A DNA stretch of 55,117 nt, taken from positions 1 to 55,117 of the forward strand of contig CANROH010000002.1 in the NCBI GenBank assembly GCA_947632185.1. Direction: 5' to 3'. Shown one piece after another: positions 53,179 to 55,117 of the stretch. A program made the position numbers and the translations under genes. Positions within the stretch are counted from its first letter, which is position 1. Each line of letters starts with the position of its first letter. The notes beneath the pieces were generated by a model. That model worked only from the letters and a program-made list of their open reading frames with translations, had not been told where the DNA came from and did not search any database. This DNA comes from an uncultured Clostridia bacterium. Its GTDB lineage: Bacteria; Bacillota; Clostridia; TANB77; CAG-508.

Positions 53179-54471
53179 TTAATTAAAAATAATATCTTTC
53201 CTTCTATATACGGCCATAATAATTGCTAAACCAGTTGCATTAACTAAAAAGTATAAATTTCCTTCTGATATGAATGGCAAGTTTATATCAGAAGTCAGTA
53301 ATATATTTAAGTTCATAAGTATATGTATTATAAACTGAGCAATATATAATGTATTTAAGCCAACTATTAGAAAAATTCCATATAAATCTTTAATTTTTAG
53401 TGAATCTTTTATTAATATAATTATCATTAGTGTTATTAAGAAAAATAAAATGATTGATGGTATAATTCCTATTTTAGAAAGAATTTGTAAAAATAATGAA
53501 TTTGTATTTTTGAAAAAGGTATTTTCTGTTTCTCCAAATAATTTTAAATTATTTAATAAAGATTCTTTTTCCAGATCATATTTAAGGAAATCACTATTAT
53601 AAACATCTTCAACTATAGAATTGCCTTGCATATTAAAATATCTAGTTAACCCTATTACACTGATAGATAAAAATAAGATTAGAAATAATGTAAAAATTAT
53701 ATTTTTCATTTTATTATCTTTATTTTGAAGCATTCTAAAAGAAAACATTAATAAATAAGAAATAGCTAGTATTGCTGTATTAGTTATTGATTGTGATTGA
53801 AAAAATACTAGTAAAATAGATATCACAGACATCATAATTAACTTTAATTTTTTATTCTCAACTAAGACTCCTGCAAAAGATACAATATATAAAAATATAG
53901 AAATATACCATAATCTCATATTTAAAATTGGAGGTAAATATTTTTCATCAAACATTGTAGGATATATTGTTTTCCAAATAGTTCTATAAATATCAAAATG
54001 CCAGTCAAGCCACTGAAAAATTAAAATTCCAGTTGCAATAACAAAAATAAAATTTGAAAATCCTTTAATTTTTTGATAATTCCAGAAATATACTACTGTT
54101 CCTATCAATAATCCTATTACAATAAAAACTATATCTTTGCATATTGAACTTTTCCAACTATAAGTAGATATATATTTGTTAGCATACAAAAAAATTCTTA
54201 TTAAAATTAAAGAAATGACTAATAAAAATAGTCTCCATTCAAATTTAGGTTTATGTATTTTATTTAATTTTTTTCCTATTTCTTTTGAATCCCCCATTTC
54301 TCTAACAGCCATTTCTTCTGCTTCTTTTTCAGAAAGTCCCATACTTATTTTATCTTGCTTAATATCTTCTATATGATCCTTTAATTCTTGCGAAATAGGA
54401 ATAGTTGCAGGTTTATACTTAATTTGATTACATACATTATTTAAAAATTCATTAATGTTCAAATAAAGCAC
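53179..54471 (-). CDS. PadR-associated polytopic membrane protein (N-terminal 'permease prefix'-like helix domain)
   Basis: The N-terminus LNINEFLNNVCNQIKYKP...ISQELKDHIEDIKQDKISMGLSEKEAEEMAVREMGDSKEIGKKL is typical of membrane proteins encoded after padR. About 9 TM segments follow. Overlaps padR by 20 nt. Confidence 0.55.
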   Translation of the reverse strand: MLYLNINEFLNNVCNQIKYKPATIPISQELKDHIEDIKQDKISMGLSEKEAEEMAVREMGDSKEIGKKLNKIHKPKFEWRLFLLVISLILIRIFLYANKYISTYSWKSSICKDIVFIVIGLLIGTVVYFWNYQKIKGFSNFIFVIATGILIFQWLDWHFDIYRTIWKTIYPTMFDEKYLPPILNMRLWYISIFLYIVSFAGVLVENKKLKLIMMSVISILLVFFQSQSITNTAILAISYLLMFSFRMLQNKDNKMKNIIFTLFLILFLSISVIGLTRYFNMQGNSIVEDVYNSDFLKYDLEKESLLNNLKLFGETENTFFKNTNSLFLQILSKIGIIPSIILFFLITLMIIILIKDSLKIKDLYGIFLIVGLNTLYIAQFIIHILMNLNILLTSDINLPFISEGNLYFLVNATGLAIIMAVYRRKDIIFN

Positions 54472-54790
54472 CTCCTATTAATCCATTTATACTTAATGTA
54501 AATGTTTTCCATTCTTCTTTTTTTAATACTAACTGTTTTTTTCCTTTTTCAGTAATGTAATAATATTTTCTCTTTTTTCCATCAACTTCGTCCCAATAAG
54601 AACATATATATTTATTTTCCTCTAATCTATGAAGTATTGGATATAGCGTTCCTTCTTTAAATTCAAAAACATTTTGAGTTCTTGTTTTCAATTCCTTAAT
54701 CATTTCATATCCATACATAGGTTTAAAATCTAATATCGTTAAAATTAATAAATCCGTACTCCCTTTTAATAATTCCCTATTAATTTTCAT
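54452..54790 (-). CDS. padR: PadR-family transcriptional regulator
   Basis: LLKGSTDLLILTILDFKPMYGYEMIKEL...FKEGTLYPILHRLEENKYICSYWD...KRKYYYITEKGKK. Confidence 0.95.
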   Translation of the reverse strand: MKINRELLKGSTDLLILTILDFKPMYGYEMIKELKTRTQNVFEFKEGTLYPILHRLEENKYICSYWDEVDGKKRKYYYITEKGKKQLVLKKEEWKTFTLSINGLIGGALFEH

Positions 54791-54820
54791 ATCTTTCTCC
54801 TTCTATTTTTAATATTATTT

Positions 54821-54876
54821 ATACCTAGTGTTACTATGTATGAATACATTGTATTACTAGGTATATTTTTTGTCAA
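54821..54876 (-). promoter_or_regulatory. padR promoter overlapped by a 44-bp imperfect palindrome (candidate PadR operator)
   Basis: Palindrome atacctagtgttactatgtat-ga-atacattgtattactaggtat (54821-54864) with an ATGT...ACAT core. The minus strand reads TTGACA (54871-54876), a 17-nt spacer, then TACAAT (54848-54853), so the -10 lies inside the palindrome. Confidence 0.55.
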
Positions 54877-55000
54877 TATATTTTTATTACTACATTACAT
54901 TTTTTATGATAATACTTAATATGTTATTTATATTTAATTAATATAAAAAAATATACTTTTAATAAAATTCTACTTTTTTATTTTTCTTGCCCAATATTTA

Positions 55001-55029
55001 TTGACAAAACAACAATTCTATGTTAATAT
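55001..55029 (+). promoter_or_regulatory. Putative sigma-A promoter of tRNA-Arg(UCU)
   Basis: TTGACA, 17-nt spacer, TAATAT. The tRNA starts 15 nt downstream. Confidence 0.5.
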
Positions 55030-55043
55030 ATTAACTGTTGTAT

Positions 55044-55117
<74 letters not shown>

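Overview
This is a very AT-rich chromosomal segment; hand counts of sample 60-mers give roughly 20-25% GC. It comes from a low-GC Gram-positive bacterium (Bacillota, Clostridia-like), judged from yaaT-holB, SRP RNA-dnaX-ybaB-recR, cwlD and comEA.

Left arm (1-21 kb): yaaT, holB, signal peptidase I, and a response regulator and histidine kinase that appear to be transcribed separately. It also holds a ~2,670-aa cyclic beta-1,2-glucan synthase-like gene split into two ORFs, cwlD, a frameshifted capA-like gene, yvcK, recR-ybaB-dnaX, a short SRP RNA and tadA. A ~0.9 kb islet of clearly higher GC (one orphan ORF with its own promoter and terminator) sits next to tRNA-Arg(CCU).

Centre (about 22.3-46.5 kb, all on the minus strand): a type IV secretion (T4SS)-like locus.
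- seven tandem VirB2/TrbC-like pilin paralogs
- a PrgI/VirB3-like protein
- a membrane-anchored protein resembling a VirB4 N-terminal domain, with no ATPase motifs
- one VirB4 ATPase
- four VirB6/TcpH-like polytopic paralogs, three of them oversized with charged C-terminal tails
- two paralogous membrane-anchored proteins of unknown function
- two possibly NTF2-like small genes
- a G5-SH3b-GH73 cell-wall hydrolase

No relaxase, coupling protein, VirB11, integrase or att repeats are visible. Composition matches the host and the flanks are housekeeping genes. This is the main candidate for an undescribed system.

Right arm (46.7-55.1 kb): a DUF1385-like gene, comEA, a DD-carboxypeptidase, an LCP-family gene, cvpA, tRNA-Arg(ACG), a padR operon with a palindromic operator, and tRNA-Arg(UCU).

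No rRNA, CRISPR array, IS element or transposase was seen. All homology calls come from motif recognition by eye; no database search was run.
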